64,000 nucleotides of DNA, taken from positions 157,544,001-157,608,000 of the forward strand of contig NC_058368.1 of the NCBI RefSeq assembly GCF_018350175.1. Reading direction: 5' to 3'. The notes under the pieces are model-generated. The model worked only from the letters and a program-made list of their open reading frames with translations, was not told where the DNA came from and ran no database searches. Positions 25,101 through 36,974 of the stretch are shown in pieces. The position numbers and the translations under genes are program-made. This DNA is from Felis catus (Eukaryota). Positions within the stretch are counted from its first letter, which is position 1, and the number at the start of each line of letters is the position of its first letter.

Positions 25101-27268
25101 ATGGTGGCCTACTGTCCTCATAGATGAATCTCCCTACCCTCTATGTGTCAGTCTTTTTTTTGACTGGAAGTTGGCCTTCTCCTGCTGGCTTCTTCCTCTT
25201 CAGCCTATGTGTTTTTCTCTTTACACCCCTGACCTACCTTCTTCCCTGTGCCGTTCCTTCCCACGCCCTCCCTTTGGAACTGGCAAGCTTATCTCTCCAT
25301 CTTGCAGGGCTGAGTTTCTCTCCATTGTCTGCCTCTGTCCCTCTGCTTGCCTATCTGGCTTCCCCCCATATGGACCTCCTACTCCATGCTAGTTGGTGGT
25401 CTTTCCTTACAGGTATACCAGTCTGGAAGCAGTTACTGACATATGCAGTTTTGTATTTCTTATATCTCCTTGCATTCCTATTACTGGCTGCAACTATCTT
25501 CCCAGCCACAAATGAGACTCTTTTTCCCTAGGATTTCACAGTGCCCCCTACATGCACCCTTCCCTCCCCTCCTCAGTCTGAGTGTTTTTCACCGTACACT
25601 TCTCTGGTGGATAACACATGGGCCCTGAAGTGTACATCCATGTAACCACTCAGTTCTGTCAGTGCCTTCCTGAGCAAGCTCACCTCTGTGAGTCTCTACT
25701 GTTCACACCTATACTACCAAGAGTTCATGTACTTCCCAAGCTGTTCACAACTGTGTGCTTCCCCCTGCATGCACCCATGTGTAGGGGGCTTCTCTGACGG
25801 TGAGTGTCCCCTTGCCCAGCTTCACAAGCTCCCACTGAACCACAGGGTTTACACCTCCCTTGCAGTTCTGCTTCCAAAAGCTCTGCTTTCCAAATTCCTT
25901 CTGTGTATTCCTTCTATGTAGTTAGTGGGAGCTCAACAGATGTTAATTCTGTTCTCCACTTTCATCTGAATAACTATATGCGTCCGGGTGTCCCTCTGGC
26001 CCTCTGTGCCTGTTTCAGTTAACTGAAGCAGGTTTCCTTGGTATGGAGTGGGCTATTTGTCAGTATGCCCTGTGGGTTACATTTCCCTCCGATTGTCCCT
26101 CCCCTCAGACTAAATGTTATCCATCTCTCATATGGTATATCCTTCCTTTTATACTTCCACACACAGTACTGCATGCCCATAAACGGCTTCCCTATGCACC
26201 CTGGGTTGTGGCACGTCTATTCCGTGTCTCTCTCCCACTTTTTCCCCTCCGCCCTAACAAGAAAACGCGTTTCTGGTTTGTACTCCCCAATTGCGGTGTG
26301 TGTGCGTCTACGTGAACCCTAGCTGTACTCGAGTTCCGTGTGTAAACGGGTATCTCTACCCAACGCGGTGTGGGGAGCGAGACAGGGGTCTCTGCCCAGG
26401 GTACAATGTACCTTTCCCCCACCCTCACCCTCGATCCACTTTCCTATTGCCGGGAGTCAACCCGACACCAGCGTGTCTTTTGGGTACGAAGAGCCTCCGC
26501 GAACCTTTGTCTTGTTCCTGGGTGAGCGCTGTGTGTGTGTGGCTCCCTCGTACACGGCGTTGGTCCCTCTTTGGGAAGGTGAAGCGCCCGTGTCCCCGAG
26601 TTCCTGGGAGTGCAAGGTGTGACTTCCCTTTACCCCCCGTAGGCGGGGTGTCGTGTCCCGTCCTTTGGGACTACGTGGTGTGCCCCCTCCCTCAGGGTGT
26701 GTTTGTGTCCTCAAGTCCTTTCGAGTACAAGGTGTGTCCCATCTCCATATGCAGAGCTGCTGTGTCCGAGTCTCTGCGGATCCGCGGTGTTTTTGTGTTA
26801 ACACCCAAACGCTGACGGCTTATGCCCTCCGTACTTCGGAGTTCGTTACTGGTACGCCGCACCCGCTCCCCCTCCCCCGCCACAGACAGCGTAGTCATCT
26901 CCCTTGTCTCTTTGGTGCTTCCCTTCCTCAATGGGACAGAAAACGCCAGGAAACCCGCAGGCGCCGTCGGAAAGTCCCGCAGCAGCCGCGCAGCCGAGCT
27001 GAGGCTGCGGCTGCCTCGGCCCTGCCGCCAGGGGCCGCCCGCCTGCCCGTCTCCCAACGCTCCGGCTCTCGGCCGACCCGGGACGGCGGCGTCAGCGACC
27101 CTGCCCGGCCCTGCCCAGCCTGCCGCCGCGGACGCTGACGGCAGCTGAGGCGAGCCACTGCTCCGCGGCCCCGCGCCGGTTGCTCGGAGCCCAGGGTGGC
27201 GCCACCGGGAGGCGACGGGCGCCCTCTCGCTTCCTCAGCCCTGCCGGTTGGCCGGCCGACCCGCTCAC

Positions 27269-27415
27269 CTTGTGGCTCTGGTAGGTCTCGAGCGCCCGGA
27301 TCGCCGTCTCGGTGAGCTTCACATGCAGTACGGTGATGTTGTCTTGTCCCAGCCGGCCGCACGACAGCCCATAACGCTGCTCCTCCCGCAGGCCCGCCGC
27401 CCCCCCTGCCGCCAT
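27269..27415 (-). CDS. ELL2: ELL2 coding exon 1 (49 codons)
   Basis: Translates [49 protein letters not shown], the recognisable ELL2 N-terminus; Kozak aagATGg; ends at the donor AAG|GTGAGC (intron starts 27268); phase 0; in a CpG island. Confidence 0.97.
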
Positions 27416-27418
27416 CTT
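27408..27418 (-). promoter_or_regulatory. YY1 motif AAGATGGCGGC overlapping the ELL2 start codon
   Basis: Matches the YY1 consensus; a common arrangement at start codons. Confidence 0.5.
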
Positions 27419-27518
27419 AAACTCCCAGGGGTGCGGACGCCGACGCCGCTCGGGCTCTAGCCTCCACTGCGGCCGCGGCTGCTAGGGCTTCTGCAGCCGC
27501 CGCCACAGCTACGGCCAT
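27417..27518 (-). other. Candidate uORF, 33 aa, Ala-rich
   Basis: gggATGg ... TAA then G then the main ATG; translates [33 protein letters not shown]; in the mRNA only if the TSS is upstream of 27518. Confidence 0.45.
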
Positions 27519-27580
27519 CCCGCTGCTGACGTACTGTCATATACTGCGCGCAGCCAGACCTCCGGCTGCCACCGCCGCCA

Positions 27581-27661
27581 CCCGCCCCACCCTCCGGCCC
27601 GCGCCCCGCCCCGGGCTCGTCTCATTGGCCTTGTTTCCTCACAGAACCTCCTTCATTGGCC
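27581..27661 (-). promoter_or_regulatory. GC boxes (Sp/KLF) and two CCAAT boxes (NF-Y)
   Basis: GGGGCGGGG and GGGGCGGG on the minus strand at 27581-27612; ggCCAATga at 27622-27630 and 27653-27661, 31 bp apart. Confidence 0.65.
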
Positions 27662-27738
27662 GTCCTCCACTCTCACGGGGGCGGGGCCCAAAGTCGCTGG
27701 AGTTTTGCTCCCGGGACGGGACGTCCGAGGTGAGCGGC

Positions 27739-27783
27739 TGACGTCAAGGTGACGCGCCAATTTAATCACATGTGACGTCACAT
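27739..27783. promoter_or_regulatory. CRE cluster: TGACGTCA at 27739-27746 and 27773-27780, TGACG half-site at 27750, CCAAT at 27757-27761
   Basis: Exact CREB/ATF palindromes read directly; factor binding is inferred. Confidence 0.7.
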
Positions 27784-30416
27784 TTGGACCTCTTGGCTCG
27801 CCGGCCGCTATTGGTCAGGCTGCCTTCGGGGATCCCTTGTTAATTGGGTATTCACTTTGCCTGGCCTGGTAACCTAGAGTCGGAGCCCCGCCCCTTAGGA
27901 GGTGGTAGTGGAGAGTCGGGGGAGTAGGGGAATCTCTTCCTCCCCGAGTGGTCCTTGAAGAGGAAGACCCCCACCCCAAATGTGTGTCCAAGTAAGGACT
28001 TCGTCCCCCGACGGTTGCGGAAACTTGTGGAGCTGGGTGTGTGCCTGTGAGGGAGAACAAAGTAGGCGGGGTCACTGGAAAGCATGTTCTGAAAACTCAG
28101 TTTAGTGCCGTTGAGCAGATGGAATTGAGGAGAACGCCCTTCTTCATTTCACCCTAACCTTGAAATTAGTGAATCGACCCTAGGCTTTAGGAGTTGTGCT
28201 AGAATATATGTAGCACCTTAATTACAACACCATGCCTAAAGACTTAAGTGTCTTTGGTCTGGTGGGCACAATACTATAGAAAATTGAACTTCTAGTTCTT
28301 TCCTAGTTTATGCCGGGTTCTTATCCCAGAGGAACATATGTCGTATCTCTGGAAGTCGCCATAGGTACAGGGTTGTGCCTTTTTATGGAATTTGGAGTAT
28401 CTCCTTTCAAAGGACCATTTAAATTAGACCTGGGCTTGACCTAAATTAAAAGATACATCTACAGCTGTCATTTTTCGGCTTTGTTTGAACTCTGCCCATT
28501 TTATTCCACAGGGATGTGGGAAAACCTAGCTAGGGCTTAAGCAATTGGAGGTTAAGTAGAGGAGCTGGTGGTGTGAGGGTGTGCGGAGGCTGGGCATACT
28601 TTTCCGTTCCTCGCGGTGCTCCGTGTGTAGGCGTGGCTAAAGCAGAGAGCCTGATCCAGAGCCCTCTTCAGGCTCTGTTTGGGTAGACTGACAGGCTTCC
28701 TGTCGGAGAGCAAGAATTAACAGGGTGATGTGAAACACCAGATGAAAACAAACCATTGAAAGAATTCAAACCGTTAAAAGGCAGTGTAAAAAATTTACTT
28801 AAAAAAAATTGATAACGGTTGCTGTTTCCATCAGATTGTAAAACCTTATTGTGTTTTATAGGGATTCCCCAGAAAAATTGATAGGCAGTTAAACAGTTTT
28901 TCCACCCTTTTAAATTGGATAGGGCTGTGATTTTCCCGAAAGATCCAAGTGGGAGTTTTTCATGATTCATCCCCCACCCCCCCACCCCCCACCTGAATTA
29001 ATCCCTTCCCCAGCCTAAAGGTACATTGCCTTTTGATTCAGCCCTTCAAGAATTGAATGTATGTAAAATGAATTACAGAACTAATTCTCCTTCCACAGAC
29101 TATAGGTTAAGTGGAAACATCTGTATTAACTGTTGGTTACATCACAGGAGAGCTTTTTTAAAATTGACTTAATTTCAACCCACTAGAATTTGCTAGCTGT
29201 TAAGACATGATTAACATTTATTAATTCAGTTTACTAAAGTGTAAATTATCTTAAATTCATTGAATAGAGAAATTAAGGCAATCACTGAAAATAATTTCGT
29301 ATTTGAATTATTCTTTTCTTATGTTTACTTTACTTTAATAGGGAAGGACTGACCACATATCTAAATCTAAAACCTTAATTATCTGGGGGGGGGGGGTGGG
29401 GAATGAGGGGGAGAGATTTGACCAGAACAAGGAGAACCTGTGTCTCAATACTTTTCTGGTGAAAGTGGGTAAATCCCTGCCCACATGTCATCTTGGCCTC
29501 TTGTTACTCAGGACTTCTGATGACACACAGAAGGTGGTGGAAGATCAAGGGTGATTTTCACTGTAGTTTTCAAATGTCTGACCTACAGCACCTTACCAGT
29601 AACTGATTTTTTTTTTCCTCTGTTGCAGTAGGAATATTTTCCTCATACCCGATTTAGTAGGTAACATAATATTTCACTGTGTAATATTATTAAGATATTA
29701 GGAATATGTTATCACTTATTATTAGTGAATTATTGTTTGTTTATATTTTTCCCCTTTTGAGCTTTTCAAATAAGGAAGGAAGCGATAACCATGTACAAAG
29801 TAATACAGTAATCTAGTACTGTGTCTCTTCATTGTGTAGTACCATTATGCTTACCTGAATCAGATGGGCAAGCTGATAAGGGTAATTGGTTTGGGGGAGG
29901 GGGACTCTGATAAAAGTTGCTCTTTGGGAAGTTTTCCAGTTTATAGATATTTTCTGTATCATTCAGAGTAAATAATTAGCAAATAATTATTGAAGGCCAA
30001 TTAAGTGTAAAATGCTGTCGAGGATTTAAAAATTGAACTGCATAGCCTTTTATTTAAAGGAATTTTGTCTCTAAATCTGGCAAATGGACCAATGCACTCA
30101 AAGCAAAACAACTGAGAATTAGTAAATGCTAATTTGGGTGGTGGTGGTGGTGATCAGCTCAAAAATTCAAAGAAAGAAGTCTGGAGTCAGTGGAACTTGA
30201 ATCCCTCTATAGGGCTGAGTAGATTCTAGATAAGAAGACCTGGTATAGATGGGGAGAGGCCAACTAAAAATTATCTTAATGGTAATTCTAGTTGAACACA
30301 TTCATATTATGAGTGAGGAAACTGAGATTTTGTTTATTAAAAAGCACCCTATTAAAACCTGGAAAGGTAGGTCTGAATTGGCTTTTCTAGTCACTATATA
30401 CACTAAGTAGCTCTTT

Positions 30417-30628
30417 GGGGCACCTGGGTGGCTCAACCGGTTGAGCCTCCGACTTCTGCTCAGGTCATGATCTCACGGTGTGTGAGTTCGAGCCCCGCAT
30501 CAGGCTCTGTGCTGACAGCTCAGAGCCTGAAGCCTGCTTCGGATTCTGTGTCTCCCTCTCTCTCTGCCCCTCCCCTGCTCATGGTCTGTCTCTCTCTCTG
30601 TCAAAAATAAATAAACATTAAAAAAAAA
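30417..30628 (+). mobile_element. Can-SINE
   Basis: Full length; TSD atacacta(a/c)gta(g/c)ctcttt. Confidence 0.92.
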
Positions 30629-30773
30629 ATACACTACGTACCTCTTTGGAATTAATAACTGAGAAGAAATAAATATTATATGATAATTTAGTGCAAAGAA
30701 AAGGCAAAAAGAAGTAAACTGATATAAGGCCTGCTTCATTTGTTATATTTAGCGTACAAAATGGAAAAAGTTC

Positions 30774-30995
30774 AGGGTGCCTGGGTGGCTCAGTCGGTTA
30801 AGTTTCTGACTTTCGCTCAGGTCATGATCTTGCAATTCATGAGTTTGAGCCCCTCGTTGGGTTCTGTGCTGACAGCTCAGAGCCTGGAGCCTGGAGCCTG
30901 CTTCGGATTCTGTGTCTCCCTCTCTCTCTACCTCTTGCCTGCTCACACTCTGTCACTTTCTATCTCAAAGATAAACATTAAAAATTTTTTTTTTC
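30774..30995 (+). mobile_element. Can-SINE
   Basis: Full length with an extra gagcctg unit; degraded TSD caaaatg. Confidence 0.9.
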
Positions 30996-33274
30996 AAAAT
31001 GAAAATAGGACTGTGAACATCAAAGTCTTTGCTCGTCTTGAAATGCCAGGCCATGCCTCTTTCCTGATCGCCATGTATTTAATGACCATTTCTTGCTTCT
31101 CTATTGGAGCTGAGATCACCAGTTCAGATGCCTTCAGGTGTTATTAGGTTCACAAGATAAATGAAGTGGACCAGACAGTGCCACAGGGACTGAAGGTGCT
31201 GGACTGTGGTGAGCTAGGGGTGTTGAAAGAGTTTAGCAGTTTCCTAGTCCAGCTGATTTCTGTAGGGTGAACATGAAGGGGCCCAGTGTTGTCCAGTTTT
31301 TAAAGAAAACTTGAAAATCTCAGATTTTTATGTGAGCTTTCTGATTTCTACTTGTTGGCACCTACCTGAAATTTTCCATAAACATTTTATGAATATTTAA
31401 AAAAACTCCTTGGGCCTCAGGTAACCCACAGCTTTCTGGTTTTCAACCTTTGCTTTAATGATTTCCAGTGCAAAGGCCATTCTTTCTTATACCTGTCTTG
31501 GTAGTTTTGTGAGTGTTTCTTTAAGGTACCTATAAAACAATTCCTACTAATGTCTTAATATAATGCATGGGCTCCTGTTAGGAAAAGAGAACACATAACC
31601 TTATAGAAATACAGCAGAGGAGCTCTCTGGAAGAAGAATTTCCAGGTGGAACTTCTTCCCCTTGGAATTCTCTCTCCTTGATGCCTCATGTCCCCATTAT
31701 GTTTGACCTTTTACCATTACACTGCTCTCCTTTCAAGGACTTCCCTAATTCTGTGCAAAAAGTCTCTTCCTATCCTTAGACACAAGTGAAGTAGGAGCTC
31801 TATGGTTTTAAAAGAAATTCACTAAATATTCATGGAGAAAGTGAAATACCTACAGGAGAGACATAAATATTTGTTGCCTAAACACAGATTTTAAGCTAAA
31901 CAATTATTATATCACATGTGATTATTTTCTACTCCACTCCATTTAAGTGTAAGAAATGTCACATTGTGTTGCTTATCATCATCATCATCATTGCTAAATC
32001 TGGCTCTAAGCCCCCCCCCCCCATCTCACTGTGTGGTAGAACAATAAATCCACAGGTGTTACAAAGGTCCCAGAATATATGGGGAAGACTATCTGGTCTA
32101 TGTCTATCACTGCTGACGTAATTCATGAGAAGCTCAAAAATTTCCCTTCAGGAAGGGTTTATTGGGTATGATCTAGATGGAAGGAACCAGATGACCTGAA
32201 TTGAAACTGGGCTTATGTAGCAAACATACTGGTTTTACTTAGATTGTGTATTTGTTTGGCAGTTGGGTTGAGGGTGGCACTGATGGAAATTATAGAAAGG
32301 GAGACTGAAACTCTAACTGCTGCTTGGCACAAAATGTATATGATGGTCCATTTGATTTTCTGGAAGGTATGCGCATCTGGGAACCTTGCTGAGACTGGCA
32401 ACTTTGGGGGACCAAGTCTAACCTTCTCCAGGTGTGGTCTTTCTAGAGGAGCTGAAAGGGGACTTGGGGTGTAGTCTTCCTGGAATCGGCAGCCTTTGCC
32501 CTTCCTCATCCTGGGGGAAGCTATTTAAACTCTAGACTTCTACCTCTACACTCTCTTAGTCTCTAAAGTCTTTTCCTTCTCTTAGGACAGTAGGGTTCTT
32601 CTCAAAAGTTGTGATGTGGGAGTGAGGAAAGTACCCCTCACCACACTTTTATCCTCCCCTCCAGTTCAGATCCCTTCTTCTTGGTGGAGCTGAGTAGAGA
32701 AGGCTAGGTGGGCAGAGCTGTCACTCAATATTCCAGACATACCAAAGACAAAACTCTGAGAGGGCAATGATCAGTATTCACTAATACTTCTTTGGCCTGC
32801 TTTCCCTCTTTGTTGCTTGCCTTTTCCTATTTGAAAAGCAGTCTCAAGGAAGTTGTATGTTCTTTGGAAGCAAAAGACTCAGAGTTAATTCTCCTGCACA
32901 CGAGGAAAGTTCTCCCCTCCCATACTGATTGAGAAACATGTTCTGTCCATAGAATTGCACACTATAGTGACCAAAGTGTCCCTTTCTTGCACATAAGAGT
33001 TGTTTTTATGGCTTTTTAATGCAATTCAAGATGCCCTGAAAGGTGTCAAATAAGTTCTGAAAAGGGGAAGGGTGATAGAGTGACCTCACAATTCTTATTG
33101 TTTCCATGTTGTTTTGTACTAAAAAGGAACACAAATGTATACCTGAATAAACTGAGGAAGTAGGAAGACCAGAGGAGACAAAACACCTCTTCACCTTTTC
33201 ACTTTTAAACATGCTAATAGTGAGCCAGATGTCATCAACATGAAGAACAATATTGATAATTAATAATAGCTTAT

Positions 33275-33380
33275 TTTTTTAAGAGTTTGATTTTAAGTAA
33301 TGTCTACACCCAAAACTCAAACTCACAACCCTGACATCAAGAGTCATATGCTCCACCAACTGAGCCAGTCAGGCCCTTCT
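33275..33380 (-). mobile_element. Short older Can-SINE
   Basis: tRNA-like head and short tail; TSD ataatagcttatt. Confidence 0.75.
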
Positions 33381-33557
33381 ATAATAGCTTATTCTTGATG
33401 GAACTTTACAGCTTAAAAACAACAAAGTTCCATTGTGGTTTTGAATTCTCTCCCTCTTCTGTGAGGTAGCCATTGTTTTATATATTCATTTTACCTTTGA
33501 GGTACCTGAGACTCAGAGACACTGTTGGTTTTGTTGTTGTTCTTGAAAGTAAAACTA

Positions 33558-33642
33558 AGTTGAAGAGGGCATCTTTTGGGATGAGCACTGGGTGTTGTAT
33601 GGAAACCAATTTGACAATAAATTTCATATATTAAAAAAAAAA
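33558..33642 (+). mobile_element. Felid L1 extreme 3' stub (~85 bp)
   Basis: gggatgagcactgggtgttgtatggaaaccaatttgacaataaa + poly(A); TSD gaaagtaaaacta. Confidence 0.88.
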
Positions 33643-34510
33643 GAAAGTAAAACTAGTCATTTGAGTCACCTACCCCCCCACACACAAACATCAAATATCA
33701 TATTAAATAGTAAGATGGCAAATAAAGTGATCAATTCATCTTAGGTTCATTATAATTAGCATATTGACTTTACTGAGATTTATGAAAACTAATTCTATTT
33801 TTTTGTTCAGCATAGATAATTTGTGATATATTAGAACCTCAGTATAATAAATATGCATAGTATGTCGACACCCATTTGAAAATGCTCATATTATAATTTT
33901 AAATTATAAAGGTTTACAGTTGTTATATCTTTGTTTTTATTGAATGTTGCTCCTATCTATGATTTGATAATGAGTCTTTGTTGAAAAGCACAATCCCCAA
34001 TAATATCACTGTTCCCATGGGAAAATGATACTTTATGACCTGGTTTCTAGAACACGTTATGGTGAAAAGCACAGAATAAATATATCACACATATAAATTC
34101 AGAAGGCTTTTTGTTTCTACTTAAAGAATTAGAATTGCAGGCTGCCTTGATTCCATTTTGTTTTTAATCAAGTATCATATTTATCATCTTTGATCTTTTG
34201 ATCTGTTATGGCCTACTATTTTGGGAGCTTTTGCCATTGCTTTGGATTTTGGAAATTTAAGAGTCAACATGACCCTTACAGGATAAAATATTTACAAAAT
34301 TAGAAACAAAGCAGGGCAAAGTATGAAGGTGAGTGTTATTAGATGAGAAGTACCATAAAGGCACTAATTCAGTGGTATAGGAAGTTCTGGGTTGCTAGAA
34401 CATATTCAGCTTAGGTGTTGGTGTTCGGTGTTGGGAAAAGCTTCATGGAAAAGTTAGCTTTGGAACATCAGAGATTTGTAGTTGTGATAATGAGATTATT
34501 GAAACATTCC

Positions 34511-34783
34511 TTTTTTTTTTCTTTTCTTTTTTTTTTTTTTAAAGATACTGGCTCCTGTTTTCTTTTTAATTTTTTTTTTTTTAACATTTATTTATTGTTG
34601 AGAGACAGAGACAGAGTGTGAGCAGGGAAGGGACAGAGAGAGAGGGAGACACAGAATCTGAAGCGAGTTCCAGGCTCTGGGCTGTCAGCACAGAGCCCAT
34701 TGTGGGGCTCGAACTGACAAACCGTGAGATCATGACCGGAGCTGAAGTCAGACGCTTAACCAACTGAGCCACCCAGGTGCCCC
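34511..34783 (-). mobile_element. Can-SINE with unique 3' extension and second A tail
   Basis: TSD tgaaacattcc (34500-34510, 34784-34794) encloses the SINE, its A tail, 22 nt of unique sequence and a second A tail. Confidence 0.9.
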
Positions 34784-34879
34784 TGAAACATTCCGAATTT
34801 AGGGATCTTAAGAATACTGGTTTGCTATCACAAGGTGTTTTGGTGAAAGACTGTAATCTGGTTTAACTGATATACAGGG

Positions 34880-35500
34880 CATATGAAAGCCGTTGTGACA
34901 GTTGCAGATAGAAAGATGTGTTGATGACAGATTGTGAAGAGAGTTTTCATTATTGAATTAAGTACTATGGGCTTTTATCTGTGAGCAATGCAGAACCATT
35001 GGCATCTTCTGACCAGATAGTGATATACTCTAATCCATAGGTTAGGACTATCCAGATGATAGCACTATGATTAATGAATTGGAATGGGGGAATACTGGAA
35101 AAAGGAAGCTAAATTAGAAAGGCAAAAGGTAATGAGGCCTATGCTAGGATATTGATAATGGGAACAGAGACAAGAAGAAGGATATGAAAGACTTTCTGAA
35201 GGCAGAGTTGACTGATTTGACAGCTTTATTTGGGCATGAGAGGTGGGTGAGCATGAGGAACCAAAAATAAGTAGTAGCTTCAAGTTTGTTTGCTAGAAGA
35301 TAGTATTGATTTGAAAAGAAATAAGGAAATCAGAAGGGGGAGCTGATTTAGGTTAGAGGTGGTGGTACAATATATGAGTGAAAATGTTCAGACATTTGGA
35401 ATTGTGGGCCTTAGGCCTCGGAGTCAATCCCACTGAAATAATAGTAAGAGTCATAGAACTGGACAAGTCTTCTGAGGGAAGTTTTGATGAAAGAGGAGGA
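34880..35500 (-). mobile_element. L2 fragment (degraded)
   Basis: Purine-rich antisense L2-like motifs (gggcttttatctgtgagcaatgcagaaccattg). Confidence 0.5.
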
Positions 35501-35574
35501 GAAGAAAAAGAACAGGCGAGTGTACCCAAACTACACCTACTATAAGGGCTGTACACCTCTTTCACATTGAGAAC

Positions 35575-35613
35575 CATGGCTACCTACATGGCTACCTACA
35601 TGGCATACCTACA
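35575..35613. repeat. 12-bp tandem repeat (catggctaccta) x3
   Basis: Two exact copies and a third with a 1-nt insertion. Confidence 0.85.
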
Positions 35614-36687
35614 ATATGTATGTATCCCTGTATATATTTCCAAGATTTTCCCGGTAGTACCATCATTCTCAGTCATTTACATTCAAATGTATTTTGGAGT
35701 GGGAAAAAAAAAGAGGGTAGGAAATTAACAGGTGCTTCTCAGGCATTGCGCTTATTTAGGGTACACCCATGGGAATGTGTTGACCTTGGACACTTTATCC
35801 ATTAGATATATTATGACAGAAAGTAAGTGTTGTAGGCAGTCTGAAATGTACAGGGAACATGAGATGATTGGGGAGAGAATAAGCAGGGCGACCAATGATC
35901 AGAGGTGGCTGTATATATCATTTGGAAGGTGAAACAGAGTACTATCAGTAGAATAATGACAGTGTGAAGCTGAAGTGATAATTTGCAAAAAGAATTTAGT
36001 AAGAGGTCATTGCTGTTGGTAGTAGCCACATACTTACTGAATAAATTTCACTGGGTATACATTGTACTTAAAGTGATAATGCCCCCTTTAAGTTGTCGGA
36101 GCAAATTATTTTAATGATAACTTATTAACAGAAATGTTTTTGTTTTGTGTTTGTGATCTTGAAAGCAAGGCCATTAAAATTAATAAGATAAGTTGCTCTC
36201 TGTTTTTGATTCTGTTCTTCTAACCTTTACCTTGAATAAATCATTTCTCTTATGTGTAAAATGATTTAGGTGATTTAAATATGCTGGGTATTTGAATTGT
36301 GATTTATCTTCAGGATTTCTCAATTGAGCCAACATTAAAAAATGTAAAAGGTATAAGGTATGATATGATTTACCTGCCAAAGAGTTTTAGCCTCTAACAG
36401 GGATATTCACATTTCTTAAAAACAACAACTGTCCAGAATGTTAATGATTTGTTATAATCTGACTCCTGGTGAAAATACGGGTACTACAGTCAGTGGATTG
36501 TATCAAACTTCAATAGTATAGAAAGCTAAGCAGCATGATGTAACTTTGTTAAATGTTGACAAATTGTACATGGAAGAAGAGGTCTGTCCTATGTAATTTT
36601 CACTTGGTCAGTATCTTTGCTTCATTTTTAGGGTCCTGAACCTTTAAAAAAAGTTTTTATTTTGTGATTTAAAAATTAACCTTTTTT

Positions 36688-36853
36688 GGGTGCGCCTGGG
36701 TGGCTCAGTCAGTTGAGCATCCGGCTTCGGCTCAGGTCATGATCTCACAGTTTGTGAGTTCGAGCCCCGCGTTGGGCTCTGTGCTGACAGCTTGGAGCCT
36801 GGAGCCTGTTTCTGATTCTGTGTCTCCCTCTCTCTGTTCCTCCCCTGCTCGTG

Positions 36854-36895
<42 letters not shown>

Positions 36896-36924
36896 AATAA
36901 ATAAATAAATATTAAAAAAATTTT
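36688..36924 (+). mobile_element. Can-SINE
   Basis: Expanded (CT)n; TSD aaaaattaaccttttt. Confidence 0.92.
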
Positions 36925-36974
36925 AAAAATTAACCTTTTTTGTTTTACATACTCACTCTAAACATACAGGTTTC

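Larger units (their letters stand above)
9686..27268 (-). other. ELL2: ELL2 intron 1 (17,583 nt, GT-AG)
   Basis: Bounded by the exon 1 donor and the exon 2 acceptor. Confidence 0.92.
26800..28050. promoter_or_regulatory. ELL2: CpG island / ELL2 promoter and 5' UTR
   Basis: Very GC- and CpG-dense compared with the AT-rich, CpG-poor flanks; spans exon 1. Confidence 0.9.

Noticed and set aside
27092..27268. ORF-track extension of ELL2 exon 1 to 107 aa
   Set aside because: Read-through past the GTGAGC donor into intron 1; ELL2 similarity stops at QSHK and resumes in exon 2.
26291..27460. Several 100-174 aa overlapping ORFs near the CpG island
   Set aside because: GC-rich sequence has few stop codons; no recognisable domain; low-complexity Arg/Pro/Ala content.
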